DNA from: Vicugna vicugna
Lineage: Eukaryota
DNA: 64,000 nt
Direction: 5' to 3'
Assembly (NCBI GenBank): GCA_013265495.1
Contig: MU061538.1
Coordinates: 1,879,339 to 1,943,338, forward strand
In this document: piece by piece, positions 1 to 13,559 of the stretch
Layout: each line of letters starts with the position of its first letter
Numbering within the stretch: the first letter of the stretch is position 1
Notes under the pieces: generated by a model
Told to the model about the DNA's origin: nothing
What the model saw: only the letters and a program-made list of their open reading frames with translations
Database searches by the model: none
Translations under genes and position numbers: made by a program

Positions 1-3000
1 ATTATTCAGCAAAAGAAGAAACTATAATAAGTAATACCTATGCTTTCTCTTGTGTTTTAAAATCTATGATGAGATAGGAGAAGACAGATGCCCAACATCA
101 TTAACTAGGAAAATTTAAAATCAAAACCACTGAAAGACCATTTGACACTCATCAAACTGAAAAAATTAAAAAATGAAAAATCAATGCTGATGAAGACATT
201 CAAGTAAATCATTACTAAGGGAATTATCTTCATATAACATAGAAGTCATGTCAGTTGTCTGCAATTTTTTTTCAGCGTATTTACCTTATAAAGTGATCAG
301 AAGCAGGTCTTCTCACAAATAAAACAGAAATCCTTCATCAAATGATCTTCAGTTAAAACATTCTGAATAGGCTATCTCTTTCCTACCTAGATACAGTCTG
401 ATTAGTTTCCTGACTCACTCTTCTCAACTTTCAAAATGGTCCCTCTATTATCCAGTACACGGAAGAGGCAGTTTTATGCTTTAAGAGTATCAAATAAAGA
501 AATATCCACGACACAGAATCTTCATATGCAAACATGCACTGAAGATGAGTGAAGAAAGGAGAACGTTCATAAACAACACTGGACAAGTGCTATTCACACA
601 AGAAAAATTAGAACCCTGTCTCAGAAGGTAACCAAAACCCAATTCCATCACAGCAGAGAGCCAACTAATGTCATGACAGCCAGAGTAAATTCCCAATGAA
701 CAAACACTAGGGCAATTCAAACATAAGAATAGTAACTATAATGGATAGTATAAAAAACACATGCAGTACTTAAATCTATGAATTCAGAATGATTCAAAAA
801 AAAAACTCACCTCTGGAGGATGTTAAGGAAATGACCCACTATTTTGAAAACTGGTAAATAAAAGTAAAAGAATGAAGCACTTATGCTGTACCTCAGAGGA
901 ACCAAGAAGTTTACAGAAGGATCACAGCTAACAAGGCAAGACAGAATCAGGATGTCACCACTCGGACCATCTAATGGCTAACATCACAAAAAGTCAACGA
1001 GACCCTGTGCAGCTCCCGGTGGGGGAACATACCACCAACTAAGACACTGCCGAGCCCCTATTCCTGCCCAAATTCAAACCTGAATCTAATCAACCTCTAG
1101 CTCTAACTATTAATTTACAGAAAATGTAAGAGGAACATACTAAACACACTCCAGGAGATGCCATCAGCAAAAGCAGAAATTCTACAAGATAAACCCCTTG
1201 TTTCTTCAACAAAAATTTCAGAGAACTAATAAAAACTGTGGGGAGAACATATAGATGAAATGATACTTAAAAAATATATCAATCAATTATGTGTAGCTTT
1301 TACCCAGACTCCAGTGCAAACTACAAAAGAGCACACAGACACATACCCACACTGTATGTGTGTGTGGGTATGTTTGTAATATACATACAAGACAATAAGG
1401 GAAATGTGAACATTAACGAGACATTCATATTAAGGGACTTTTTAAGATATAACTCTTATGGCTATATTTGTAAATCCTTTATTTTTTAGAGAGATACAAT
1501 CTGAAACATTTTCCGATGAAATACGCCTGGGATTTGAAGAGGGCTGCAGAGGTTACAGGTAATACAAGACTGGCTACACACTGACACTGCTGACGATGAA
1601 GGATGGCACATTACCTGCACTGTACTATTTTACTTTCACATACGCTTGAAATTCTCAATAAACTAAAAAAATCAATCAATTGAATCAATTTCAGGCGGAT
1701 TATGTGCCTAACTTTCATAGGAACATAGAGGACACACCAGAATACAGGCAGGGAAGAACTTCTTAAGGACAAGCAGAAAGCAGCCTGGCTGACATCACAT
1801 GTCTCCTGAAGTGATGCCCTCAGGAAGGCCACAGCATCACCAGGAGCACTCCTAACCAAATGCATAATAACTTGACCCCAGTCCTGAGGAGACACTACCA
1901 AGACTGAGGGTTGGTCTACAAAACAAATGAGGTGTACGCTTCAAAAATGTCGAAGTCATAAAAGACAAAGGCTGCTGAATTCTTCCAGGTGAAAAAACCA
2001 AGGGGGGGTAGCAGGGAATGCAACATATGATTCTGAATTCAATCCTGAACCAGAAAAAACAGGAAACTCATTTTTTGACTAAAAAGGTCATTACTGGGGC
2101 CACTGACAGAACCTGGATAGATTTAGAAGTGGCATGACACCTGCAAACTACTGTCAAATGGTGGAGAAACAAAAGAAAAGTTCGGGGGGTAAAGAGTGAG
2201 AGAAGGATGTGAATGACAGAAAGCAGCTGTCAGAGAGAGGGCACGTGAGAGTTTCTGTGTCATTCCTGCACCTTTCCGGTAAGTCTGAAATGATTTTCAA
2301 ATACGCTTTTTTCATATTTTAATTACAAAGAATAAACAGAAACCATAAAGAATCCCTAAAACCAATAAGGAAAAGACAAAAACCCAAAAGGAAAACAGAC
2401 ATTAATACGAACAGATGACTGACAGACAAGAAAATCCAAACGGTGAAGAAACTACAAAAATACACTTAAGATTTTTTCAGCTCCCTACCAGAGGCCTTTA
2501 CAGAAAACCAGTTGTCAGTGCTTCTCACTAGGACCATTTCTCTTATAGGAGACTTGTTCCGAGCTCTAATTTTTTATAGACTGCCTAAGAATCACTGAAG
2601 AGCACACAGTTTCACGCAGGCTGTGAGAACTACATAGTCTTTAATGTAGGTTTCTCAGTAAAACTTCTGGGACATCACAGTCTTCAAACAGCGCCAGGTA
2701 TTCTCTCTTTCTACAGCAGTTTCTCAGTGTTGTTCCTTATTCAGATCTACTTACCTTTATGACTAAACTTCCTGACTGCAACTCCAAGGTAATGTTTACA
2801 TTTTCAACATGATGCTTAAGATGGTAAGAAACAGGCACCAAATAATCGTCACCTGAGAAGGAACGCGCAGGTGACGCCCTCGGCACCCCACCACCCCCCG
2901 CGCAGGCCCTCCCACCCCTGCCGCAGCCCTCGCAGCAGCAGTCGCTGCGCCGAACTGACATCTCCCACTGCTGTGGGCGTTTTTATACTGTTTGTGTGTT

Positions 3001-3452
3001 TATTCCTAAACAGGTATTTTCATCTTCACTAGTAAACAGAGAAACACAAATTTACATCACAATGAGATACAGTTTTACACATACTAAAATAGCAAAAATG
3101 TTAAGGTGCAGCCAAATACTGTGTAAGACATGGACAAAAGGAAACCCCACTGCTGCTGCTGCAGGCACACTCCTCCAACGGCAGCTCGGGCGCCCAGCAA
3201 GTTAACGCCATCACTATAAAAGCACAGAGACAAGACACCCAGGGCTCCACTGGCAGCCATGTACACAGCACAGGCCTGGACCTGGAGCCCACCACAAAGC
3301 CCTCCGCCTAGAGCGCCTGTCCTTGCCCCATGTTAGCCCAGGAGGGACAGGCCTGCTCAGGAAAGAGCATCAGTAGCAACACACTGCTGTCGGTAAAGAC
3401 CTCTGCATGGCCAAGCGGCAGAATGACAGGAGTCAGCACGGACCCTCCATAC

Positions 3453-3531
3453 CTGTCCCAGTCTTCGTCTGCAGCTCTTCTCCGCCAGGACCGCTCTGCA
3501 CCAGGCTTATCAAACTGGTCAAAGTCATCAT
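3453..3531 (-). CDS. RBM33: RBM33 coding exon 2 (DDDFDQFDKPGAERSWRRRAADEDWD)
   Basis: 79-nt exon with acceptor ccctcacag| and donor AG|GTATGG. Phase 1 joins exon 1 (G+AT=Asp). Translation matches the recalled RBM33 sequence. Intron 1 is 3532-13924; exon 3 lies beyond position 1. Confidence 0.96.
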
Positions 3532-4828
3532 CTGTGAGGGAGACACCATGGATTTAGTCTTATTAAATTAAAACTGACACATACAGATACTCAAATACTG
3601 AAACAACTTGTTTCTTTCAAAGATTCCTGACATGACATTTTAAAATACTGAAGTTTCATATACAAGGAAATTTCTAGCCATTTTTAATCATTAAAAATTT
3701 TTGCAAATTATGCCCCAGGGCACAGTTGAAGGTGTGATCAAATCAAGAGGTAGTGAGAAAGAGGCCAGCCAAACCACCACTGTCCCAGGATGACCATGGG
3801 CATGCCCAAGGCTGTGGCCCCTGTAGGGTAACATCAGAAGCTTCACATTGCCCAGATGTAGGGGAAGGGAACAGGCTTTACTTAAAACCTAGCCAGTCAC
3901 CAAACAGGTAAACAAGCAAATAACAAACAACAGGCTCAGGGTGGGGAAGTGGAGAGACCAGCACCCAGAGTTGACACAAAATATTATCTAAAACGTCCAA
4001 TTTCCAACAAGAGGTTACAAGGCATACAAAGAAACCGGAAAGTACAACCCATTAGAAATAAGGCAATTAACTGCCTGTGAAAGGACCAGACGTCAGATTT
4101 AACAGAAAAAGACAAATTGGCCATTACACATATGCTCAAAGAACTAAATGAAACCACGATTAAAGAACCAAAGGAATGTCTGATGACAATGTTGCACCAA
4201 ATAAACAATATGAATAAACAGAAATTATTCTCAAAAACCCAAAAAGAAATTCTGTAATTGAAAAATAACTGAAATGAAAACTTCACTAGAGGGGTTCAAC
4301 AATCCATTTGAACTGGCAGAGGAAAGAACTGGTAAACTTGAAAATAGATCAGCAGAGATTATCCAATCCAAAGGACAGTAAGAAAAAGTGAAGAAAAATG
4401 AACACAGCTTCAGAGAAATGCGAGACACCAGTAAGCACACCAATACGTGTAAGAGGAGGAAGAGAAACAGGAGAAGGAAAAATTTTTGAATAGCTGAAAA
4501 TTTTCCAAATGTATTGGAAAATAATAATCTATACATGCAAAATGTTCAAGAAAGTCAAAGCAGAAAACACAGAGATCCACAAACTCACACATCGTAGTCA
4601 AAATGTTTTACAGACAGGGAGAAACCCTTAGCAGTAGTAAGAGAGAAACGACTCATCACTTATAAATACGGTAAGAGTAAGAGTTAATGCTCATCAGAAG
4701 CAATGGAGGTCAGAGACATATACGAAGTGCTCAAAGAAGAATTCTATATGTAGCAAAACTATAAAATCAAGAGTGAAATTAAGACTTTCACAGATAAACA
4801 AAAACAGAAGGAATCTGTTGCTGATTCT

Positions 4829-4961
4829 CTGTAGTTGACTGACCTGTGTGCCCCAAATGACACATTTAAGTCCCACCACCCCATTCCCTGACCTGTGAAT
4901 GCAACCTTATTTAGAAGCAGAGTGTGCAGATGTAATTAAGATGAGATTATACTGGACATTA
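4829..4961 (+). mobile_element. MLT1 (MaLR) LTR 5' fragment
   Basis: ACCTGTGAATGCAACCTTATTTAGAA...TGCAGATGTAATTAAGATGAGATTATACTGGA, typical of MLT1. Confidence 0.7.
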
Positions 4962-5106
4962 GATCTAACAGATAAATACAAGACGCTCAATCCAACAACA
5001 GCAGACTATGCATTCTTCTCAGGTGTACGTGGAACATTCTCTAGGACATACGTTAGGCAATAAAGCAATTCCTAATAACTTTAGAAGGTCAGAATCGTAC
5101 AAAGCA

Positions 5107-5328
5107 CAGTCTTTAACTAAAACAACACTGGAGTGAACTGAACAGGTTCCACTTACATGTGCATTTTTTTCCAATAAATACGCACTACAATACGACACAA
5201 TCGGCAGCTGGTCGAGTCCACAGATGTGAGACTGTAATTACAGAGAGCCAACTGCAAAGTTGTATGTGGATTTTCGACTGCACAGGGGGTTGGCTCCCTG
5301 AACTCCAGCACTGTTTAAGGGTTGACTG
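5107..5328 (+). mobile_element. Tigger-family MITE (MER8-like)
   Basis: Degenerate TIRs CAGTCTTTAAC... and ...TTTAAGGGTTGACTG, with internal GTTCCACTTACATGTGCATTTTTTT and GGATTTTCGACTGCAC. Confidence 0.75.
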
Positions 5329-7129
5329 GATAATAAAACTAGAAATCAATAATTGAAGGAAAATTGAAAAATTCATAAATAAATGGAAATTAAACAACAC
5401 ATTTCATCAGCCAAGAGGTCAAAGAAGAAATAGCTAAGGAAATAAGAACAGACTTTCAGACAAATGAACCCAAAAAGGGAACAGAACAAAGCTTACGAAA
5501 GGCAGCAAAAAGTTCTTGGAGGGAAATTCATGGCTGTCGTTGCTTATACTAACAAAGAAGAAAGATCTCAAATCAACAGCTTTACTTTAAATCTTGAGGA
5601 ATTAGAGAAAGAAGAGGAAATTAAACCAAAAGTTAGCAAAAAGAAGTAAATAATAATGATTAGAAAAGATACATGAAACAGAGACTAGAAAAACACTTTC
5701 AAATTCATTCTGAGGCCATTATAAAACCAAACAAAGATACTAAAAGAAAAAAACTAGGCCATTATTCCTCATGAACACACATGCAAATTTTTTAAATGAG
5801 CATATAAAATTCAGTAATTAAAAAGATAATACACATCATGACCTGGTTTATCCCAGGAATAGAGGGTTCATTTAACATTCAAAAAATCAGTATTTTTTAA
5901 AATCCATGTAATACATCGCATTAACAAACTAAGAGCAGAAAAGCAATAGAAGCAGAAAAAGCATTCATCAAAACCCAATATCCATTCCTTGTAAAAACTC
6001 ACCAAGTTAAGAATAGGAGGGAATCTCTTTAACCTGATCAAAGGGCATCTTTAAGAAAAACCTACAGCAAACAGCTCAGGTAAAGGCCAAGACTCGGCGC
6101 TTTCCCCTAGGTCCAGAACAAGCCTGGGGTCGCTGCTCCCACCACTGCAACTCAGCATTGGAAGGGAAGTTCTACCTACTGCAACCAGGCAAGAAAAAGA
6201 AAGAATTCAGACTTAAAACGAAAAATAAAACAGTCATTATTCACAGCAAAAACGATCAGCTATGTAGAAAATCATACAGAAGCTATGAAAAAAAGGTACT
6301 GAAACTAATATAAGTGACTTGAATAAGGTTGCAAAATATAAGATCAACATACAAACCAGTATTTTTCTACATACAAGGAATGAACAATTGAAAATTAAAT
6401 TAAAAAACAAATTATGCAATAACATAAAAATAAGAAGTATATACTAGGGATAATCATAATGAAAAAGTGAGAGACCCGTAAATTGACTGTGAAACACTGC
6501 TGAGAAACTAAACACCCAAAGGAAGTGGAAAACTAGGACCCTTGAAAGAAGTTACGAACGGCTGTCAACGTGGGTAACACAGTAACAAGGGCAAGACCCA
6601 CGCTCCGTGAAGCAGAAAGCCGGCTGATCCGGGACGTGAACACGGATACGGCAAGAACCACAGCTCAAAATCCTGACCAAGACAAGAACCCTGTGTGCCT
6701 ATTTTCATTCTTACATTTTTCACACTCATTTCCTTTCTGTTCTCCTTTAGAATATACTGAGCAGAACCAAGAGAACAAAACACTTTAGCCCAGTTTTAAA
6801 GGGAACAACAGCACATCCCTGAAGACCAAAGGGAAGATTAATTCAGCAGGATAAAAGTGGTCAATGCCCTTGTCTAGAAACTTTCTTTCTAAGGCTAAAC
6901 CCTGGACTAGACATGATATTTTATTAAGGGAGTCCACTTTCCTTATTAGCAAGACTAAAAACAGCTACTCAGATTCTTACAATTTTCAATTACACAACAA
7001 TTAGACAGCTATAATTAATACAACTCCTTTATTTAGCATTCTCATTATTTCCCCATCTCTTCCAGGAATCTGGAACTTAGATGAGAAACCTTACAGACTA
7101 TTAGCTTGGAATAGGGAACTTGTCTAGCC

Positions 7130-7358
7130 CAGGGGTCAGCAAACTACAGGCCACAGGCCACATAGGGTCTGCCACCCATTTTTGTCATTTGGCTACTGCT
7201 TGATTTATGTAAACAAGCTTTTATCGGAACACTGCATGCTAATTCAATTACATATTGTCTATAGCTGTTTTCAAGCTACAAGGGCAGAACAGAGTATTGC
7301 AACAGAAACCGTGTGCCTAAAAGATCAGTTTGGCCCTTCACAAAGTTTGCCAATCTCT
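7130..7358 (+). mobile_element. hAT-Charlie MITE (MER58-like)
   Basis: TIRs CAGGGGTCAGCAAACT and AGTTTGCCAATCTCTG. Confidence 0.8.
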
Positions 7359-9449
7359 GCTCTACTCCAAAGGTTCTCAACCTTCTTTCTTTTGCCTCAA
7401 CACCATTCTCATGTATACATGCTTATACTTTCAATCACTGACTGAAAATTCCTTATTTCACATATGAGGAAATCCAGACCCTTTAAATAATAACTAGAAA
7501 AAAGAATCAGCCTAATGTTCAAGAATTTTCAAAGGGAACATATTTGCCCTATAGTATACTATCAAATTCTGAGTAATCAAGCAAATTTTTCAGAAAGTGC
7601 TCTGACATCATGTTGCTTGAAAAATAATTTGCAGTCTTGTGTTAAAAATCTCTTACTTACAGGGCCCTGGACAGGTTTCACTAAAACAAACTTTGTGTTT
7701 TATTTATTAAGTGTAGTGAACATTGACCATTTATTTGCTGTCTTTCAACTGACTTTCCCCTTCCTATGTTTGGACATCAACCACAGTATGAGTCCTGAAA
7801 GAAGACAGGGCTCTGCCTCCCAACATGGAAGCCATAAAAAGCTAGACCCTTGAGTTCTCTGTCAGCTCGGGCAGCCTGGAAGGGGACACGTGTTCTGAGG
7901 GTTTGAGCTCAGCCAACACAACGTTTCCATGACTTAGAATCTAGAGGAAATGACATCCCATTTCTTTTCCCAAGAGTCTTCCCTCTTTTAAAAAGTGAAA
8001 CCTTCTAACTTGCTGAAAATTAGTTGCTAAATTGATGAAGCATAAGGAAAGAAATGCCCAAGAAAGGGAGAAAGTCCTTCTCTTTTTCCTTCCACAGATG
8101 TAAGTAACAGCTTTGCTGACTGCCGTCCCCACTGCTCTACGAGATGGGGCAGAGAGTGGAAGGAATGCACTTTCCAGAGCCTCCTTCCCTGTGTGGCTCT
8201 GAGTTACAGTATGCAAGGCAAGACACTCACAGTAGGTGTGAGTCACAGTCAGCAAAGTTATCCTCCTGAGGCAGGAGACACACACACACGTGCACACAGA
8301 GGTCAGAGTCGGTCCCTGAAAATCATGTGTGGCCTCTGGGCTTGCAGGAGCTGTGACAGTGGGGACTTCTTGAGACTCAGTATCATCAAAAGTCAACACC
8401 CCCAGTGCTGCAGATTGAGACGACCCACTGGACCTTCCAGAATAGTCTTCAGAGTTACAATGGCTTCCTGGCAAGCTCCTGACAAGTAGGCTCAGATTAT
8501 CAGAAAACTCCTCTGACCGTCGCACCCCCAGCCTTTCTAAGGGTTGGATTAATCTCTTAACTCCTGTGTTAAAATCCTTCATGTTTAGAATGCACAGCAT
8601 GGCTCCTGTCCTGACTAGACAAGGTTGATAAAATTCAAATAACCCTAGCACTCCTGAGAGCTGAACAGAGCCTCATTTTACCTCAACAAGCGAGCATTTT
8701 TGTATTTGTTTTTCATTTAATCCTTTCCCAAATTCTCCTTTTACAGATGTGGAAAGTATGACTAACCACAGTTACTGAACAGCAAAACCAGATTTAAACT
8801 CAGGTCTACCAAAAACCAAGTACAGTGTTCTTGAATTTATTTAGGAAGCAACTGTAGTAACAAACCCTCTGATTTCCAATGTAAAAACATTAAAGGGTAA
8901 CCATAACTTCCTCAGTGTTTAGGTAGGGAGATCATTAATTCATGGAATCTACTAAATCATGAAGGCAGAATCACTCAAAAGCTAAACCACAGGTTGTGAT
9001 CTGGTGGCCTATAAGACACACGTTCTCTTTGAATTACGTTGTCTTCTTTTAATCAACTTAGTTGCTAACATTTGAAAAATGGAATTATATACAAGTACCA
9101 GAGTTTCATCTTCTCTCAAAAAGGGGTAAAGTAATCAAAAAATCTAGAACAGTGGGCTCACATTTTGCTGCACCCAAATCAGCTAAAGAACAGCACCTGG
9201 CCAGACAGGACCCCAACTCCTAGGTCTACAAGAAAAGTAACCGAACAGCACGCCCCACCAGTAGCTGCACGCTGACCAGGCCCAGGCACGCCCTGACTCC
9301 TGCTGCTCTGCTCTCACAGTCGCCCTACTCTTTTCTTGACTCTGTGAACTACCACATTATCTAACCTTCCAAAAGAATGCTAACGAACTGCCTCATTGCT
9401 CTTACGTTTTGTAAATAAATAAAGCATCAAAATCCAGTAACAATTCCAG

Positions 9450-12130
9450 AAAGTGAGAGCAGAGGAAATGAAAGAACAAAAACACCACCATGAGAAAATT
9501 TCCCAGAACTGAAGGATGCGTATTTCCAGACTAAAGTATCCACCAAATAAACGCACACTGCAATAAATATTAAAAAAAAAAAAAACACCCCATGCTAATG
9601 AAATTTTAGAACAATGAAGAGGAATTGTTACAATCTTCCAGCGAGAGAAAAAAGGTCACATACAAATGATAAGGAATCCGAATGTCATCAGATTTCTCAA
9701 AAAGCAGAAATGGAAGACAGAAAACAACACAATAATACCACTAAAATCTAAGGAAAATGAATTCAAATCTAGTATCCCAGACCCTATCAAAGCATCAATT
9801 AAGTATGAAAATAAAGTAAGGATTTATGGATATGCATGGGTCTCAAAAAATTTACCTTCAACACACCCATTCTGAGGAAGCTTAAGCCTTTAACTCTATG
9901 AGTTAATTTGAAAATATAAAAAATAATTTTTCCAGAAAAAATTATCAAAATTGACCTGTGGATTTACAACAGCCAAATAGGCCAATAATAATAGAAGAAA
10001 CCCAAAAATAAACACGCAACACACCAAAATGGAGTTTTTTTTTTAACAATGTCCCAGAAAATCCACAACTCATTCCACGAAGCCAACTTACCTTATAAAA
10101 CTCAGGATAGCACATGTGCACATACAAATACAAGGGAAGAAAACGGTAAGCCAACCTCTCTTACGATCATAGATAAATCCTAAAATGAAAAGCAACAATA
10201 CATTAAAAAGAATAAAACCCGCAGAACCAGATGGTTTTGAACCCAAAAAGGCATGGTTGATTCAGCAAAGGGAATCTATCAAGATTTTACAGTAAGAGAT
10301 TAAAGAAGGGGTCTCATGCCCCTCAATGATGAAAAAGAAAAAAAACCTGATAAAAATTAAAACCTCAACTCAAAAAAACAAACTTAGCTAAACAAACAAA
10401 ACTATCAGAAACCTACAGCAAACACCATACTCCATGGTAAAACATTGAGAGAATACTCATTAAACTCAGAACAAGGTCACAAGATAGAGAAGCCTGTCAT
10501 CAATCTAGCCAACATTACATTGGAGGACTTGACAATTAACGCTTCTAGGACAAGAAGCACAAGAAAAAGAAGTAAGAGCAATAAATACTGGAATAGAAGA
10601 GACTGCAGACAAACTGCCTAACTAGAAAATCTAAAGCACCAAGCTATTAAAACAAGATTCCAGCAAGCTAGTTGTACAGAGTTACTAAAAACATTTTTCT
10701 ATAACAGGTCATTAACAAGGTTGTGAACATAACAGGATTAAAAAAAAACTATACCATCCACAGTAACAAACACAAAATATCTAGATACAGAAACTAACAA
10801 GAAATGTGACAGAACGATATAAAGGAAATTTTACTAAGGTAAGCTCCACAGAAGTGATCACTGTCTGGTTTCTTCACTACATATTCCAATCTCTTAGACC
10901 AGTGCCAGCAAAGAGCAGGTACTCAAGTGTTTGTTGGATGACTCGTGGACAGAAAAAGAGTGAGACATTCTTGTTGCTGGATGAAAGAACCCATACTGTA
11001 AAAACACCCATCATCCCCAAGTGATATTAATAAACTCAACACAATCTCAGTAAAAATTCCAGCAGGATTCTTTATAGAATATGATTGACGATTCTAAAGT
11101 TCATTTTTTTAAAAAAATGCAGAGCTAATCATAGTGTCTGAAAAACACGCTATAATTTATATAGACACACACTATGAAACAATAATTTTTAAAAACTGAG
11201 AATCTAATATAGTATAAAGATGAAAAGAGAATTCAATAAATCATATTAGGATTGTTAGAAGCCCCAAATTCATACCACACTCAAAATAAAATTTCATATG
11301 GAATAATAGCTAAATATAAAAAAGCACAGAAGCATAAAATGTTAAAAGCATAGAGGAACTCTTGGCATAGAGACACCATTAGGAAAAAAATTTATAAAAA
11401 CAAGTGACATTTCACAAGGTAAAATTTTAAAATTCCCATAAGCGAAAAGTTAAAAGGGGGGGGTTATAATCCTAACATAATACACAAAGAATTCCTGAAA
11501 ATAAGAAGAGATCAACTACCCAATAAAAAAAGACAAATGATACACACAATTCACAGAAAAATAAATAAATATAATGTATGAAGAGATGCTTAATCTCAGT
11601 AGCGATCAGGGAAATATAAATTACAACACTGAGGCTATATTCCTGCCTCAAGATTATCAAAAAGATTCTTAGAAAGGGTACAGGAAATGGGGTACTCTCA
11701 AACATTACTAATAGAAGGATAAAGTGGTATCAACTTTTTTGAAGACAACTTGGCAATAGCCACCAAAATTTTAATCCTGCATAGCTTCCACTTCTAGAGG
11801 TATCAATCCTCCAGAAGTATTTGCTAACGCACACGAAGATGTGTCCGTAGATGTTTAGTGCAGAATTTCCCACAGTAGTGAAAAAGAACATGTAACTGAA
11901 ATGCCTATCAATATGAAAATGGTTAATCAATAAATGGTGGATCCATATTAGTGGATCCATCTCACCTAGTGACACAGGAGAGACCTCCAGGACCTATTAT
12001 TACATGAACAAAGCAAACTGCAGAATACGACATGGTTCCACCCATACCATAAAAGTCCCCACAGCTGTAAATGTGCAACTTACATATGCACAGAAAAGGG
12101 TGTAAAGGGATTCATGATGGAAATATTTCA
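9450..12130 (+). mobile_element. Ancient degraded L1 (L1ME-like) ORF1/ORF2/3' remnants
   Basis: A-rich strand bias with L1 motifs such as AAACCTACAGCAAACACCATACT, AAAATTCCAGCAGGATT and GGAAATGGGGTACTCTCA. Confidence 0.65.
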
Positions 12131-12137
12131 TTCTTTA

Positions 12138-12585
12138 ATTCATTCATTTGTCAAATATTTTTGTTGACCATACATGCCAGGAACTTGGAATACATGGCAG
12201 GCAAAACAGATAGGCAGCATTCCTGTCCTCACGGCGTTTACAGACTACTGGGAAAGAATATTTTTAAAAAGTAAATAGCCAAATAAAATAACGATTACAA
12301 ACCGGGATAAATGTTCTGAAGAAAACAAGGGCGCCACAGAATAAAGGTGGGGGAGGCACATAAGCAAGAGATGACATACTTGAGACAGAAGAATGCTCAA
12401 GACAGGCCACCCAAGGAGCCTGAGACCTGGCGACAAGAAGCCAGAGTGAGGGCAGAAGCAGTCCTTCTTGGGTGGGGGAGCAGGCTGACACAACAGGCTG
12501 GTAAGGCTGGGGGACCAAGTCATGCAGAACTCACAAACCTTGGAAAGGAGTTTGTCTTTAGTCTAAGAGCAATGGGAAACCAGGC
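12138..12585 (-). mobile_element. LINE-2 3' fragment
   Basis: TTCATTCATTTGTCAAATATTT start, then the typical antisense L2 text (CCTGTCCTCACGG.., TCTAAGAGCAATGGGAAACC). Confidence 0.7.
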
Positions 12586-12650
12586 ACCTGTGACAAAACG
12601 GAAGGAAAAACTCCAAATCATCAAGGATAAAGCCTATTTAATCCTCTAAA

Positions 12651-12940
12651 ATAGCAATTCTCAAACTTTCTGGATTCAAACTTATTGAGGACACCAAAAA
12701 GCTTTTGTTTATGTGGATTACATTAATTGGTATTTGCTATTTTCAAAATTAAAAACGAGAAACTTGAAAAAATATGCATGCACACACTCCATCAGCCATT
12801 GTACGACGTCGTCGTCACATGTCCTACAGCCTCTGGGAGACTCGACAACAGTCAAAGAGCGCGACGTGCAAATGACATTAGTAACAGTAACGAAAACAGT
12901 TCTGACCCAAGAGTTCCCAGACTACTCTTTGAGAATGATC
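12651..12940. mobile_element. hAT-Charlie-type DNA transposon remnant
   Basis: Inverted ends ..TTCTCAAA and TTTGAGAA.., with internal ATTGAGGACACCAAAAAGCTTTTGTTTATGTGG. Confidence 0.6.
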
Positions 12941-13559
12941 CAAAACCATGATTTTGACTCCCAGAAAATAACCAAGAAGGTAAACGATGTATTTTCAAAA
13001 TTTAACTAGAAAGCCTCAGCTTTAATATGCAAAAAATGTACTTTTAAGTGACAGAAGAGTGGCATACACCAAATCACATTGCCAGAAGCGACACTTCTGT
13101 GTCCAGTGGCGGCGGGTCTTCCCCCTTGCATGAGAATGAACGTGTTAACTCCCGGCCGCGGTTCCGGGGCAGGATCGCCGCAGTGTCCTCGTAAGTAAGC
13201 ACTAGTAAGAAAACCTCTGGAGCACACAGCAGAATCGTCCAACACTTCGACAAAGAGAAATAATCTCAAACGCTGTTGTTCACGCTTTACCATTTAAGGG
13301 TCTCCTTTATCAAAGTCATCAAATAGTCATAAGTCACTTTCAAGTGTTTTTAAAAAACAAACATAACCTCAACCAACAAAATGTGATTTCAACCATTAGT
13401 GACTTAACCTGAAGTATGTTAGGTGCCCTGACAAAATCGTTTATGCTTGGACGAGAGAAACGACCCAAAGGAACTGCCTCCGTGTCCAAACCCCTTCTGT
13501 CCCGCCTCCCTCCCTAAGATACTGATAACGAGCCACTGGTCTACTCGTGTCACACAACT

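Larger units (their letters stand above)
3880..6520 (+). mobile_element. Old degraded LINE-1 (ORF1/ORF2 remnants) with nested MLT1 and MER8-like insertions
   Basis: A-rich plus strand with L1 ORF1-like (4130-4800) and ORF2-like text (GAAAGATCTCAAATCAAC, GCAGAAAAAGCATT, GTTGCAAAATATAAGATCAACATACAAA). Many stops. Confidence 0.8.

Noticed and set aside
1341..1373. 12-bp perfect inverted repeat (ACATACCCACAC / GTGTGGGTATGT)
   Set aside because: Built from adjacent CA and TG low-complexity tracts in old L1-like DNA, and too short for a pre-miRNA.
7941..8651. 236-aa minus-strand ORF in RBM33 intron 1
   Set aside because: Non-ATG start, runs through a CA repeat and probable old LTR sequence, and resembles no protein I recognise.
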